From Vicugna vicugna (taxonomy: Eukaryota), in the NCBI GenBank assembly GCA_013265495.1, contig MU058636.1, positions 4,995,741 to 5,059,740 on the forward strand: 64,000 nt of DNA. Direction: 5' to 3'. Shown here piece after piece: positions 38,561-53,388 of this stretch. A model generated the notes under the pieces. That model ran no database searches. It saw only the letters and a list, made by a program, of their open reading frames with translations, and was not told the origin of the DNA. Made by a program: the position numbers and the translations under genes. Each line of letters opens with the position of its first letter. Position 1 is the stretch's first letter.

Positions 38561-39827
38561 TTTGTTCTTTGGTTATTTGCTCAGTTGTACCTCTTCAGAA
38601 ATGCCTTTCCTGACTACTCTGGCTAACAAACCTCACTTCTTGTCTTAGCCTTCTTTCAAGTCCTAATTGTTCCTTGATAATCTTTTTTATGTATTTGTTT
38701 ACTTACTCTTGGCCTTTGGCCTTCTCTCACTAGACTGAGAGGTTCATGCTCTTATTCATAAAAGAAAATAATGAGTTTAATTTTGGATATATATTATTTT
38801 TCATTCCTGCAGTACACTAAGTAAAAAATCTTGGGGCTGCTGAAATTATGGGAAGAGGATTCAGGCTGAAGATTTTTATTTGGGATAGTTTGAACTATGA
38901 GAATCAGTTAATCATGGAAAATAGGTGTAAAAGGAAAGAAAGCATCCTTAAAGATATTAACTGTTAAGGGAATGATAAATTTAAGAGGACCCTGCAAGGG
39001 AGACAAGATACATTCGACTCTGAGCTTGACCTTAAATTTGAGTACATAGTACTTTTGTAGGAACATAGATCCATTAAACATTTTGAGGAACATTGAATAA
39101 TTGAATTTTCTTATATTTTGGTATATAATATGTCTCTAACCTGGTGTTTGTTACTTGTTTTTTTGTTAAAAAAAAAACCTATCAGGGTGAAGATTACTTT
39201 AGATAATTGACAGTGCATTATAAATATTTATTTTAAAAATCGCATAAGCTTGTTTTAAGAATAAAGTTTCAAAACACTGTGTTTCCTTTTTCATCTTTTC
39301 TAATGTTCTAGTGAGGATTTATTATCTGTCTGTTGCCTGGTACTTTTACATCTTTCAGGAGCAGGCTTTTCTGGCTCTTATAACAGTGCCTGACCCATGG
39401 TAATTTTGGTTAATGGCTTGAAAGTGCTTATTGTTGCTGTTTATTCTTTGTTTCAGTATTCATGGTTCTAGTTACTGGAGCAATAATGAATTTTAGGTAG
39501 CTAGAAAACATCTATTATCATTCACATATTTGGACATAGGCCTTCTGTGAAAAATACAGGAATAAAATATAGCATTAATAAACAGCAAATCAAATAACAT
39601 TTTGACCTCATGTGAATGGACAAAGGAAAATTCTTTTTCAAAAAAGAAGTATCTTGAAATATTTATTACAGCTTTTTGTTTGGCCATAATGGTTGGGAAA
39701 CAGCTTTATCAAATTTGTATATGCTTTAGATGTGGTCTATATAGAAAATATTCAGGATTATTTTTCTTAAACATTGCTGATAAAATACACTTAAAAAATG
39801 AAAAAAAATTTTTTTGTCACACTTCAG

Positions 39828-39933
39828 TGCTCTTATAAAGCAAGTGAACAAATCAATAGATGGAACAGCAGATGATGAAGATGAAGGTGTTCCAACTGAT
39901 CAAGCCATCAGAGCAGGTCTTGAACTACTTAAG
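39828..39933 (+). CDS. PDS5B: PDS5B exon 18 (106 nt), ALIKQVNKS...GLELLK
   Basis: acttcag|T acceptor, AAG|gtaaat donor. Confidence 0.97.
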
Positions 39934-40519
39934 GTAAATATGCTTTAGGTCAAATTAACTTCCCCATTAGACAAGTGTTAAACATATATAGTTCATATTT
40001 TTTATCCTGAGGATTTGTTTCTTAAGTTTATAGAACCTAAAGTAAAATTTTCTTAATTGCTTTTAGGTAATTTTGAAATTGCATATTTATTCTAACATGT
40101 AAGCTAAATACTTTCAGGTTTAAATTGTGTACCATAGCCTAGTATTGATTATGTTAAGAATTTTTGAAGGTTCCGTTAGTGAGTAAAGAAAGTGCTAGCT
40201 CTACCACAGAAGGAGCCAAATTTTTTTAATGTCCATTTTATGTGTTACGTAGCTAAAATATACTACCACCTTTTACTGATTGCAAAAATATCAGTTAATT
40301 GTTACTAATTTAGAAAATATAAAATCATAAAGAAGAAAATATTTATAAGGCATCTTACATAAACATTTCTTTTGTTTGCTTTTAATCTTTATAAAAATAT
40401 ACATATTTATATAGTTGAGATTAGACTGAATGTACAATTTTGTATCTTGACTATTTTCCTGTAATAAATTATAAGCATTTTTCTCAGTGTTTTAATTTTT
40501 TTAAGACAGTATTTTTCAG

Positions 40520-40705
40520 TGTCAGAAAACAGACCTGATTTTTGGCTGTCATTTACTAGATGTGTGCTTTGGGGCAAGTTAATTGCCTCTGCTAACTCAT
40601 CTGTAATGCAGATAATAATAGTACTTTCTGTACAAGGACTAAATTAAATCATGAACTTAATGTCTTAGCGCAATGTCTGGCTCATAGTAAAAATAATAAT
40701 AATCA
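40520..40705 (+). mobile_element. MIR SINE nested among old L1 fragments
   Basis: tttactagatgtgtgctttggggcaagtta...ctcatctgtaatgcagataataatagtac. Confidence 0.7.
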
Positions 40706-41719
40706 TTTTTTGGAATAGTGATTAGTTCAGTTTTGGGGTATCATATTGTTCCTATTTTCCTCTTGTTGGATATTTAGATTTTTCTAATTTTATTCTTATA
40801 ATCACTGCTAAAAATAAATATATCTACGATCTCTTGTCTTTTTTTTTTTTTTTGTAATTCTAGAAAGGCATTATTGGGTCAAAGAGAATGACCATTTCAT
40901 AGTTCTTGAAGAGATAATATTTGTCAAATTCCTTTACCAAGAAATCATATTCTGTATAATTCTGTTTAAGGTACCTGTCTTCACAAAGTTGACTTTTAAG
41001 TCTGAAACATACCCCTGTAAAATTTATTTTAAAAATGTGTATTGTGAGAGTGAGTCTAATTTGATTTCCTCCAAGTAGCTACCCACTTTTACCAAAACTA
41101 TTTACTAAAAATCCCATCTATTCTCAGTTTTTTTGTTGGCTTCTTTATAATTTGTTACACTCTGTATAATATTAAATTCTTATATATGCTAGGGTCTATT
41201 TATTGCTTTCTTTTTTCTTTTTTATGTTTCTTGTAATGTTAGTACCATGTTGATTTGATTATTGTAACCTTATAATATCTTTTTGCTATTTGGTGTTTTA
41301 CCCTGTTCCTTCCCTAGATTATTTTCTTCAAAAAATGTTGTTAGGTAATCTCTTTTAATGACCTTTATTTAGAAAAAGAGTTATTTTGTTAAATTCTATC
41401 TTCTTATTTTACTTTTCTCCTACCCTCATTTCCCTCCAGTCCCCCCTCAACATTAACCAAATCCAAATTATTCTGAATAGAATTATAATAATGTGTAATT
41501 TAATTTTGAAGATAGTTTCTTTAAATTGTGCAGTTTTCCTACACAAGAACATTTCTATTATCTATTTGAGTAAGTTTTAAATTTTATTTATAGTGCTCTT
41601 ATTTTTTAGCATAATTATTTTTGTATTTTGATTTGTATTTCTAATATGTAATATTGTAGATTTATATTATAAAGGTGAAAAGGATTTACAGATCAATTTT
41701 TTAATGACTAATTTTTTAG

Positions 41720-41880
41720 GTACTCTCATTTACACATCCCATCTCGTTTCATTCTGCTGAAACATTTGAGTCTCTCCTGGCTTGTCTGAAAATGGATGAT
41801 GAAAAAGTAGCAGAAGCTGCACTCCAGATTTTCAAAAACACAGGAAGCAAAATTGAAGAGGATTTCCCACACATCAGATC
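41720..41880 (+). CDS. PDS5B: PDS5B exon 19 (161 nt), [10 protein letters not shown]...FPHIR(S)
   Basis: tgactaat branch-like motif and ttttttag|GTA acceptor, TC|gtgagt donor. Confidence 0.97.
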
Positions 41881-42989
41881 GTGAGTTGAGTTTATTCTGA
41901 TAGATACTCTGGAAGATAGAAAAGTAACTTACTGTTTCTTGATTTATATGTAGTTTGAATCGTTTAAGTTTTGAGAAAATAATGTCTAGGTTATCTTAAA
42001 TCTATACTGTTCAGTTTAGATTCTTATTTCCCACGAGAAGCATTGATTGGTATTTTAGATTAATGAAAAATTATAGAAGATCAGAAAATTTAGTGGAGTG
42101 AACATGACATTTCTTTTTGAAGTATCAGTTTGCTTAAAGCTTTTAATGAAAATGGTTTTACAATAAAACAGTTCCTTGGCATATTATGGCATAGAATAAA
42201 CAATTCATGTGAATTTAAGGTCCATTGGGAAATTCCAAAGGATTGTCCATAACACTCTTTACTTCTTTCTGTGATTATGCATATTGGATTGAAAATTTTC
42301 AGAAATAGTACTTTATTTGATGCAGGGAAGCAGGGAAGCACAGAATAAGCATCCTGACAGCATTGTGTTTGTGTGTGTGCGCATGTCTTTGTCCTGGTAT
42401 TTCCAAGAATTGGAAATTGTGCTGTTGACCTGGAGATCTCTAATAGTGGTTAGTTATTGTTCAAAATTCTATAATAATAAATCTTTATTGTTTATGGATC
42501 CCTGCTTGCTTCACTATGTACATCTTTCCTCCACGTTACTGGAGAGCATATCTGATAGTTGGTCCTGGCATTGCCATAGTCACTGGTGATCGGTTTTACC
42601 TCTGCCTCATTGGTCTGGTTAGTGGTTAGGGTACCACGCGTCTTTATGTTGAAGAGTTACCTATGGTGCTTTTCCTCAGAAAGAGACTGTGGACAGAGCT
42701 AGTTTTTAGAAGCTCAGGTACACTTTTTGTTATTCCTTCCTGTTCATGTGAACTTAGTTCTAGAAATCTGATACATGGGACGAAAACATTACTTAAATGA
42801 TAATTGAAACATACCAGCATTTTGTTAACAGTTATGCTCTTTGGCAAGGGTAAGAAACTTTACTGTTTAGAACTAACTTCTTAATTTTTAAGGGAGTCTA
42901 GGGCATGAATTTCCCTTTGGAATGGAGCTATGACTCTCCTATCCAGGTCAGAGATCAGAGTTTGGAGGTATATGTATATGTATAAACTG

Positions 42990-43210
42990 AATATAACTAC
43001 CATTTACAGAATATGCACTTATTATGTTATCTCATTTAAACCTTGTAACAATTCAGTGAAGTGTGGGAATTACCCTAATCTTCCAAATGAGGAATCTAAT
43101 GTTTACTTGAGCTGAATGGTTCTAGGTCATATAACTAGCAAGAAACAGAGTGAAGATTTGAATACAGGCTTGTTTGTCTGCAGTGCCTGTAGTGCCATAT
43201 CCATTATGAC
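42990..43210 (-). mobile_element. MIR SINE
   Basis: atctcatttaaaccttgtaacaa...ccaaatgaggaa...gatttgaatacagg. Confidence 0.6.
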
Positions 43211-46200
43211 ACAGTTCCTTTCTTGATTAGAGCTTTGAACAAGTTTTATTTTGATTTATTCAGTGGGAGTTTTTATTTTCATTGTACCTTTTAAAGAAAC
43301 ATTGTTTGATATATTTGTAGGAGAACTACAAGAGCAAGGTCGAAATTTTAGAACACACAAGGGCATTTTAAAACACATGCTGCTTTAATATGGAACTGAA
43401 GTACCTAAAATTATTTTATTTATATGCTGAGTATATTTCATATGTCTCTTATGAGGAGAATTAACTCAACTGATAATGAATACCTGCTGTGTGTGTGCAC
43501 TGTTCTCAATGAATAACTCACAGTATATGTCTTCCAGGAGATAAAATATGTATGCAGATTTTATGTTTTAAATTATTAAATTGGGTGATTTGATGTTGAG
43601 GAAAAATGATAGAGTTAAATGAATGTTTATTAAATTATCTTCCTTTGAATTCACGTAACAATTTAAAAGAACCAAAAGAAAAATATATCTAAGTAGAAGT
43701 GACTTAAGACTGAACAGAACTGGTGCTAGATAAGCCATTTAGATTGAGTTGAATGTGAGAACATTCACAACTGATACACATATCCCTGAATCTGGTATAT
43801 ATGGGAATGTTTAGTAACTGTTTTGTCGTTTGCTAATTTAGAGGGAGAAGACTGAGGTATGGGCAGGCTTTGAGAGAAATAAGGAAAACCAGCTAGAATA
43901 GAACTAAAGGAAAGACTTTGGTCATACCAATTTTCTTTGTGCTGACCTCTTTCTTAACAGGAGGAGCAAAGCTTAGAGGTGAGGTAAGGTTTAGAGTAGA
44001 ATTACAAAGCAAATGTCTTATTACCAACTTTACAGGAACAGAAAAAAATAAAGTGCTGACCCACTAAACTGAAATGATGGTGAATTATGGGTTTCATTCT
44101 GACTCAGCAAGTCTCTCAGGAGTCTGGCTTACCCCAGAGTAGGCAGATGTGCCAAAATTTAGAGTCCCTTTATAACATAGGATATGGCCATTGTCCAAGT
44201 GGAGCTGGGTCTCAGTGGAAGAGTTCAAGCACACTTGGAGAGAAATTACACAGAAATAAAGCGCTCACTACCTTTAGTCCCAACTCCCTCCTGCATGCTA
44301 CTTATCCAGCTGATTAAGCAGGTGTAGTTTTGAGTTGGGAGCTTTGATGTTAATTTTTTAAGACACGTGTTCCTTGTTCAGTCATCAGGAAGACACTATC
44401 TGCATTTTTGTTTGAATGGCAGAGCCAGAGATAATTTCTCTAATTCAAAGATGAGTTAACAAGAATGCAAATAAATTAACAAACATGAAACCTATGCAGA
44501 TATTTTTACATTAAAAAGATAGCTGATTAACACTTCGGAAGAATTGAACTTTTGTAGGACAAAAGAAGATTTTGACTGTTCTAAACTGCCAAGAAAGTTA
44601 AATAGCAAATGACATATGGAAGAAAAGAGAGAACAAAAATAAGATAACATAAAAAGGGAAATGGCAGAACTAAGGATAAAGAAGAGCAAGAACGTATTTG
44701 TATTATAGAATGTAATTATAAACAGCAAGGAGCAGACTGAACAATAAAGAAGATGTAATCAGGAAGGTAGAAATTGAGCTTGAGGAAACTGCATAGAATG
44801 TAGAAATAGTGGGCAAAGAAATGAAGGCAAGTAAAGGGAATTGCAGATATTGAAAAGCCATAATTGGTTTCTGTGCAGAAGACAACAGAATAATGGGAAA
44901 TGGAAAATATTTCTTAAAAATAATAGTAAACTTGTTTAGAATGAATGAAAACATAACCTAGAGATCAAGAAGGCTCATGTTTTAGGATAATATCCTGATG
45001 GAATTTACTGAATTTTCAGAGATTACAGAAGTGGTACCCCAAATATCAAGAAAAAAAGTGGATCATGTACAATGGAAAAGTCATGAGACCAGCTTATTTC
45101 TTTTCAACCACTTAAGATTTCTGAAGTTAATGATTCAACAGCTAGAGAGTTTTGATGGATAAAAATAAATGTAACGCGTTAGCTAACTAGTCAAGTTGTG
45201 CTTAAGTAAGGGCAAATGAAGACTATTCTTTAGGATTCAAGGATTTAGGAAATGTATTACGCCTTTTTTATTGTGAGGTCACTCTGTCTGCCAAGTTGTA
45301 TGCTTTTCCCCTTTGCATTCAGTTTTGCTTGTGCCTCTAAATCCAACTTTTGTTTTCTTCTTGTTTGCATATCTCTGATTTGTCTTTTCATACCATTCTA
45401 CTCTCAGTATTTAAGCTTTAGATGTGGCTGTATCTCTGTTTTAGATATTGAAAACCTGGATTTTTTTTTTTAAGGGTGATGTAGATAAATAAAATTGGCT
45501 CAAGACAAGAGAAGGGAAAAAACCTAATAGGCCATACTTATAAAAGAATTTGGAAAAATTACCCTTTACTACTATTAATAATGTAATAAGTGCCAATAAA
45601 AGTTATGTTAAAGGAGATATTTCAGATCTACAAAAAACCAGGAATTCTTATTTTCAATTGTTCACAGCATGGCGGGAAGAAAGCATGTAGATTATTTCTT
45701 ACAAAGCCAAGGTAACTGGCAAGAATGCTAAAACCTGATAAACGATATCCCTCCAAAGGAAAACTAAGACACATCTTACTAATATTGGTGTAAAAATTGT
45801 ACATAAAATATTATCATAAAGAGTTTACTACATTAAAACAAGAATATACTATGGCCAAATGTGGTTAATTCCAGGAATACAAAGAGAGTTACTATTAGTA
45901 AGCCTAATATTTGTGTTATAATTCATTATATAAGTAAGTAAAAGGAAAAAGACACAATAGATCATTTTGACAGTTGCTAAAAGGGCCTCTGATAAAAAAG
46001 AAAATCAGGGTATTTATAATTAAACCTAATAAAATAGGATAAAAATGCCTTCACACTTCTCATACCAATAGGTACTATCATGTAGTAAAACACTAGAAGC
46101 ATTCCCAGTAAAATCAAGAACAAAATGAGAAAATACATTATCTCTGATGTGATTTAACATTGTTTTGGAATGTTGGAAACATTAGCCAATATAATTACAT

Positions 46201-46480
46201 GAGACAGTGAAATAAGAGGTGCAGGTATTGGAGGAAACAAACATCATATTTCTTGGAAAAACCCAAGACAATCAACTGAAAAATTACTAAAAAAAAAAAA
46301 AAAAGATAGCCAAAATAAGTATGTAAAAATCAGAAGAAGATTTACAAGTAAAGTATACAAGAAATTTACAACCCATACAACTCTATAACATTGTGGAGGA
46401 GTATAATATTTAATGAGGAAATGAAGAAAACTTAAATTATCCAAATAAATAACTGACAAGCTGTTTTAAAAGGAAAATTA

Positions 46481-46609
46481 GGGGGGAGGGAATAGCTCAG
46501 TGGTGGGGAGCACATACTTAGCATGTGTGGTGAGGTTCTGGAGTCAATCCCCAGTATCTCCATTAAAATAAAATAAACAACTAACACCACCTCAGTGTAG
46601 AAAATAAAA
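46481..46609 (+). mobile_element. tRNA-derived SINE, vic-1-like (the only sense copy)
   Basis: ggggggagggaatagctcagtggt...gagtcaatccccagta; TSD-like aaag(g/a)aaaatta at 46469-46480 and 46610-46621. Confidence 0.85.
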
Positions 46610-47485
46610 AAAGAAAAATTAATGGAGACTTCATACTTGATTTTACATATATTCCAGATGAACTAAAAATTATTTCTTTATATAAGATTTTATTTTACAA
46701 AATTTTTATCTAAGATTTTAAATATATATAAAACAAATTAATAGAAGAATTGGTAATCGGTACATTTCTTCAGCTTCTTTTTTCTTGTTGGTAGGAGAAG
46801 GGACATTAATGCCAAGTCATAAATGAAATATTGAGCAATTCGAGTTCTAAAAATTCTTTTTTTGAACAAATATTTATAGAGCCTTCACTGTATATAAGGT
46901 ATTGAGGTTGTTGAAATGAGCAGGACAGCTTAAGTCTCTGCCCTTATATTTTCATGAGGGAGAATACTATTTAGATAAAAGCAAAAATTACGAAATACTG
47001 AAAGAAACACAACTGATATCTGGGAAGCTATTTTTAATGTGTATGACTTTAGAAAAGGTTAGTATTTGTAATGTATAAAGATTCTTAACAAAGGAATCAC
47101 AAACATGTCTCACAGCAGAATATTAGCGTGGGAATGAACAGGAAGTTTATAAACAGGAAATCCTTCATCACATGAGGTATGATTTATAACTACTAAGAGT
47201 AGTGGAGGAGAATATAGATAAAAATATCCATGTGCTTCTGGCCAGGCTCACCAAAGAAAAGAGAGGGGACACAAAAAACCAAAATAAGAAATGAAAATAC
47301 CGCTGTGCTCTAACACTTAGCATGCCAATGATGCTCTCTTGATTAGAGTATAAATTGATGCAGCTTTTCTAGGTTGGTAATACGGTAATGCATACCAACT
47401 TAAAATGTGTGTGATCTTTTATACTGCAGTTTCACTTTTAGAAATTTGCCCCAGAGATAATTAGAAAAGATGTCTACATAATGAT

Positions 47486-47902
47486 TGTATGCTTCAGGGT
47501 CCGGTCAGAGAAACAGAAACCATATCAGGTACTTTAAACATAAATAAATAAATAATACAGATATTTTAAACATGAAAAGAACAAAAAGTTGCTTTGATAA
47601 CCCAGAGATTATGAATTAGTGGGAAGCAGCTACCACCCTTAGGGCTGGTGGAACAACTGGGGAGAAGTGGTGGTGTTAAGGACTGCCCGGTGGGTGGGAG
47701 AGCCCTGTCACCATTGCCCGCCTGTCAGAGTAGGGGTGGCTGGCTGTTGCAGAAGGGCAGTGCAGCTGCTGCACAGAAGGCCTAAAGAACTGTAGTGCCT
47801 CTTGTTGGAAGAACCTGCCAGCTCTTGAGGGAGTCTGGGAAATGTGATCTCAGAGCAGATAACAGGATAGGTTTAAAGCTCAGAAACAGTAGATTAATAA
47901 CA
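47486..47902. mobile_element. Solo LTR, ERVL/MaLR-like
   Basis: Starts tgtatgcttcagggtcc...gaaacagaaacc; contains ggagtctgggaaatgtg; GC-rich island interrupting the L1. Confidence 0.6.
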
Positions 47903-49067
47903 GGGGTGTTCATGGTTTTGTAGTAGAGAAAAAAAATAGACCATCTAAATGCACATCGGTAGGAGATTGATTAGATTGGTTAGATTGGTTGTGATGTAAC
48001 TGTCCACTGAAAAGCTTGTGTGACCATTGAAAAGGATAGTAGTTGGCAGTACTTGACATAGGAGGTTCTCTGCAACATTGGTGAAAAATGTTGCCAAATA
48101 ATATTTTGTATTCTCATTTATGTAATATATGTATAGGGAAATTTCAGATGTATGTTCCTCAAAATGTTAACAGTAATTTTTTCAGGGTAGTGGAATTTTG
48201 AGTTTTTTCTCTAGTATTTTCTATGTATTTTTCAACTTTGCATTCTGCATGGTTATGATTTTCATCAGGGGAAGAAAACTTGAAAGAAGAAAATCAATTT
48301 AATGAGATGATTAAAGGATTTCTTTTAATAGAAACTTTATTATAAAAAGCAGTCAGAAGGTAGTTGCTTCATGTACATTTCACTAACTTCTCAGACTGCC
48401 AGGGACTTCAGAATTCTTGTAATTTTTCTCTTCTTTATTGTTTTGGTTAATTTCTGTTTTCTGTTCAAATGAGTATCCAACGCATTGGATGAGGTTAAAA
48501 TTTCTCATACTAACTTAAAAAGTCTTAGCCATAGTTGATTCTTACTTGTGTGTGACCTTTAATTTTTCACTTGATTACTAAGAAATGAGATTATGAGTGT
48601 TTGTATTGTAAAGTGATTCCTGAGAAGATAGGTCTTATCTGAGGAGTTTAGTTACTGAAGTAACCAGAAAATAGTGTCTTTTTATTTCACAAAGAAGCCA
48701 CAAATCATAGACTAAAAAGATAGCATTTTGGTGAAACTCAAATTGTTTTTTTACATCTTTTATTGAAAATTTCAAACATATATAGAAGTAGATAGAATAT
48801 TAGAACAAACTCCCATGTAACTTATATATGAATAACTTACTGCCTCTTTGTTTAGTTTATAATGCTACACACTCCCTCATTCCCTTAATATTTGAGAACA
48901 AATCCCAGACTGTATATTTCATCTATATATCTAAGTATCTCTAAAAGGTAAGAACTCTTTAAAAAATCACAATACTTTTATCACAAACAAAGTTAGTAAT
49001 AATTGCTTAATGCTAATAATATGCAATTAATTTTCTCAAAAATGTAAGTTTTTAGGTGAAAGCATAG

Positions 49068-49155
49068 TTTTTTTAATTTTAATTTTTTTTAATGGAGGTC
49101 CTGAGGATTGAACCCAGGAAGGACCTCGTGCCACTGACCAATCCCCCTTCCCCCC
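49068..49155 (-). mobile_element. vic-1-like SINE with an internal deletion
   Basis: aatggaggtcctgaggattgaacccagg...ccactgac...ccccttccccc. Confidence 0.75.
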
Positions 49156-51770
49156 ACCCTAGTAATTTTTTTTTTAAGTTTGGTTTTTTTGAATCGGAAT
49201 CCAAGTAAGGTTTCTACATTGCTTTGGTTGATAAGTCTCTGAAGTCCCTTGTCACTTGTAGGTTTCCCCTTCAGTTCTCTTCTTTCTTTGTGTCAGATAA
49301 AGAAACCAGGTTGCTTCTCTTACAGAGTTTCACATAGACTGATTTTTGCTAATTGTATGCCTTTGGCATGCTTTAATGGTTTCCCTGTGCTTTCTGTAAA
49401 GTGATAGTTGAATCCAGAGGTCTGCTTAGATTCTGGTTCAACTATTTTTTGCTCCAGGACCACTTTGTAGATAGTGGTATGCTTTTCTGTCAAGAGGCAC
49501 ATAATGTTTGGTTATTTCTCTTTTTATGATGTTAGCAACTGATCATACTTAGTAATCAGTGGTGGTATTCTGTCATTCCTTCATCACTTGTTAGCTGAAT
49601 ACTTTTATAAAGAGGAATGTCTCATCTATTCTTTGGTTCCCCAGTGTTACACTTATTTAGGAAAGGCAGGATAAGTGCTTGATTATTTTGTGTTATTGAA
49701 CAGCGTTCAGAATAAAGAATGAGGAGTTTACTAGCATCCTCCACTTGTGTCCAGTTCGCTGTTGTTGTCTCTTAAAGGTATCATTGTAAACTCAGGGATT
49801 TACTTGTATTTGTGTTTCAGTCAACTGCAGTGATCACTCTGATGCTCACATTGTCCCATCTATGCCCAGGAGGCTGTTCAGGTTGACCTCTGAATCCTTT
49901 TGAATAACTGCACTGATCTTTGTAATGTCTTTACAATCTAGTATGAGAAAATGTAGCAGGCCCATCTTATGCATGTCCTGCCACGGACCCGGAACCAGCC
50001 ATTTCTTCAGGCAGCCTTGGCGCCTTTTAATGGGAGTAGTATTAAGAAATCAGAATGTGAATTTTGTAGGTACTGATTGCTAATGTGTGGGTCACTTTTC
50101 TAGGACAGTTCAGTGGACACGGCTAAAATAAGTTTTTGGGAAGATAAAATGCACTGTGTGTTTGTATTGATTATTTCGGTTCAAATTCAGAACTACCAGG
50201 TTTTTATTGAGCCTCTTCAGTTTTATATTTGTATCTCTTTTTCCCTATGCTGAGATAACACAGGGTGATAAAACTATGATATTACATCATAAATTATTTG
50301 AATTATCCCATAATAAATACTTAAGGGTCTCAGAATAGTAGTAGCACCACCAATGTGTTTCCTAAAAACATCTGTTTACTTGTTTAGGTAGTTCTCTTTT
50401 GTATGTTAGGTGTATCACATTAGGAATTTACAGTCAAATTCCTGTGTTTTAAATTTACTTATGCCAACAGATAGATCCACACTTCTGTTCATTTGTTTTA
50501 TTTTTAAGGTTACTTTTAAAAAATTATATTTCTTAATTATATGAAATATTTTCTGGTTTTAAAGACAAGTCTGAAAAAGCAAGATATAGTCTAAGAAGTC
50601 TAGCCTCTATTCCTCAACTCTCTACCCTGTTCCTTCTTACCTATAAACTAGAATAGAGGTCCTTCCATGCGTATCTGTCTAGATGTGTTTAAGTGCATAT
50701 ATGTGTTCATATGCCCCCTTTGATAGATAAATGATAAAGTACACTATACATACTTTTCTCCAACTTGCTTTTTTTCTCTTTACATAAACTAGCAGAATAT
50801 TTTGTGGATATATCATAGAAGAAATGCATGTATAATTCTGCTAGGTATTGCTACACTTCCCTTCATAGTGGTTGTACCATTTCACATACCCTCTAGCAAT
50901 GTATCAGTGTACCTGATTCCCTACAGCTTTGTCAACACAGTGTTGTTAATGAAACATTTCTCTTTGTGCCTGGTCATCTTCTTTGTTCTGCAGTCTTTGA
51001 AAGTAGTGTTACCACTTCTACTTTCACTTATATTAGTGTTTTCAAGGCATCTCTCCTTCCCCTCTCCTCCTCTCTGTCTTTTTTCCTTTTCTTTCTTCAT
51101 TTCTTCCCGTCTTTCTATTTTAAAAATGAATTTCTTGTAAATATCTTGTAGTTTGGTCTCTGTTTTGTTTTTGTTGATTTATTTTGGTTTTGGTTGTTTT
51201 AATCCAGTTTGACACAACCCTCTTTCAGTTGGAATATTTAGACTAATGTAATTATTGATATAATTGTGTTTAAAGCTACCATCTTGATGTTTGTTTTCAT
51301 TTCATCTTTTCTGTGCTCCCCTTTCTATTCCTGCTGTCTTTGGGATTAATTGAGTATTTTTAATGGTTTTGTTTTATTAACTTACTATTGGCTTATCTAC
51401 TTCAAATATAATTATACAACTTAATGTATATTGTAAAAATCTTGCAGCAGCATACTTTCATGCCTTCCCCCTTCAAGCTTTTGTTGCCATATATTTTGTT
51501 TCTATATATGTTATAAAGTCTACAATATGTTGTTGATATTTTTGCTTTAAGCAATTTAATATATCTCAGTAAACAATGACAGATTTCTTTCACTTGTACA
51601 CAAATATTATCGTTTCTGCCACTCTTCATGTTTTGGATATCTATCCATATTTTCATCTGGTACCATTTTTCTTCATGAATAACTTTAATGTTTCTTAAGA
51701 GTATAGTTCTGCTTATAATTAATTATCTTAGCTTTTCTTTATCTGAAAACGTTTTCATTTTACCTTCATT

Positions 51771-51911
51771 TTTGTTTGGGGGGGAGGTAATTAAGTTTAT
51801 TTGCTTATTTATTATTATTATTTTTTATTTAATGGCAGTTCTGGGGATCAAACCACAACCTCGTGCATGGTAATAAGCATGTGCTCTGGCACTGAGCTAT
51901 ATCCTTCCCTG
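51771..51911 (-). mobile_element. vic-1-like SINE
   Basis: ctggggatcaaacc...cactgagctatatcc; TSD ttttacc(t/c)tcatt at 51758-51770 and 51912-51924. Confidence 0.87.
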
Positions 51912-53264
51912 TTTTACCCTCATTCCTGAAAGATATTTTTGCTCAGAATAGAATTCTACGTTGAGAGTTTTTTCGTTTAGTACCTCAAAGATATCACCCC
52001 ATTATTTTCTGGACCACATAGTTTGTGATGAAATGCTCTTTCATTCTTTGTTCTTCTATACGTAATGTGTCTTTTCTGACTGTTTTTGAGATTTTTCTTT
52101 TTATCACTTTTTTTTTTACCAAATTAATAATGATATGGCTTGGAATGGATTAATTTCTGTTTCTTTTGCATGAGGTTTTTTGAGATTCTTGGGACTGTGG
52201 CTTTATTTCAGACAGATTTGGAAATTTTTTGGCTATTATGTCTTCAGTTTTTTTTGAAACGTTCTCTCCTCTTCACCTCCTTGGTTTCTGGGACTCCAAT
52301 TGAATGTACTTTTGACTACTTCGTATTGTCTTAGAGGTCACTGATGCTCTGTTCTTATTTTTTTCCTGCCTTCCCCCCCCTTTTATTTTCCATACTTTCT
52401 ATTGCTCTCTTTAAGTTCAGTTACCTTTTCTTCTGTAATATATAATCTACTTTTAATTCTATGTGTGTATTTTTCATTTGAGGTATCGTGTTTCTCATAT
52501 TTAGTAGTTCCCTTTACCATTTCTGGGGCTGTTTCTATTGATTAATTTTCTCCTGATTGCATATTAGATGGTCTTTCTACTGTGGCTGGTGGAAACATAA
52601 ATTACTACCAGCCCTGTGCACATTAAGGAATTTTTTGGCCTGCTGTTTTCCAACGTTCTTTTCCTGGTCTTGGGTAGTTTTTGCTCCTGCATGACACTGA
52701 TCGTTATTCAGCCAAACATTATTCAGCTATCCCTCTTCAGATCTCCAGAACTCAGGTTCTCTTTCTCTTTTCATAGCTCTCTTCTCTTTGGTACTCTGCC
52801 CTAGAAGTTATAGCTGCCTTGGCCTCCCTGAACTCTCATTTTATTCTTACGTAAGTTGTTTCGGCATAAAGTGAACGATGACTTAGAAGAGGAAGAGACT
52901 TGAGAAAATAGGAACAATTTAGGTTCCATTACAGTGGTCTTACGTGTAAGGTGACAGAAGCTTAGCTTGAGTGACAACAGTGAGAATAAAATAGAAAAGG
53001 CTAATGGAAATGATGTTAGAAAGAAGAAACGGGTCACCATCCATGTTTTTACTTATAAGTATTAAGTAAAAAGGAATAAATACTTACATTTGTATTGTAC
53101 TTTAATATGAACATTTATAAAGCAAAATCATAGGTATTGAAAATGGGTCTTTTTTAGTTCTTACAAAACATTACTTAAAAAATATAAACATTGAAGTATC
53201 TAGTGGAAGTCATGTTGACTTTTCTGGTTTATTGTTTTCTTTCTTTCTTTCTTTTTTTTTTTAG

Positions 53265-53388
53265 AGCTTTGCTTCCTGTTTTACATCACAAATCTAAAAA
53301 AGGACCCCCCCGTCAAGCCAAATATGCTATTCATTGTATCCATGCGATATTTTCTAGTAAAGAGACCCAGTTTGCACAGATATTTGAG
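53265..53388 (+). CDS. PDS5B: PDS5B exon 20 (124 nt), [13 protein letters not shown]...AQIFE
   Basis: Long pyrimidine tract, ttag|A acceptor, GAG|gtaaag donor. Confidence 0.97.

Larger units (their letters stand above)
44380..48200 (+). mobile_element. Fragmented old L1 (ORF1, ORF2 and 3' remnants) with a nested SINE and LTR
   Basis: A-rich ORF1-like stretch; ORF2 motifs aattccaggaatacaa and gaagcattcccagtaaaatcaagaac; no intact ORF. Confidence 0.7.
48750..52850 (-). mobile_element. Cluster of antisense old L1 fragments (L1MC/ME-like 3' UTR and ORF1 region)
   Basis: tttctgggactccaattgaatgta, gaggtcactgatgctctgttc, gaagatatttttgct antisense L1 motifs. Confidence 0.65.
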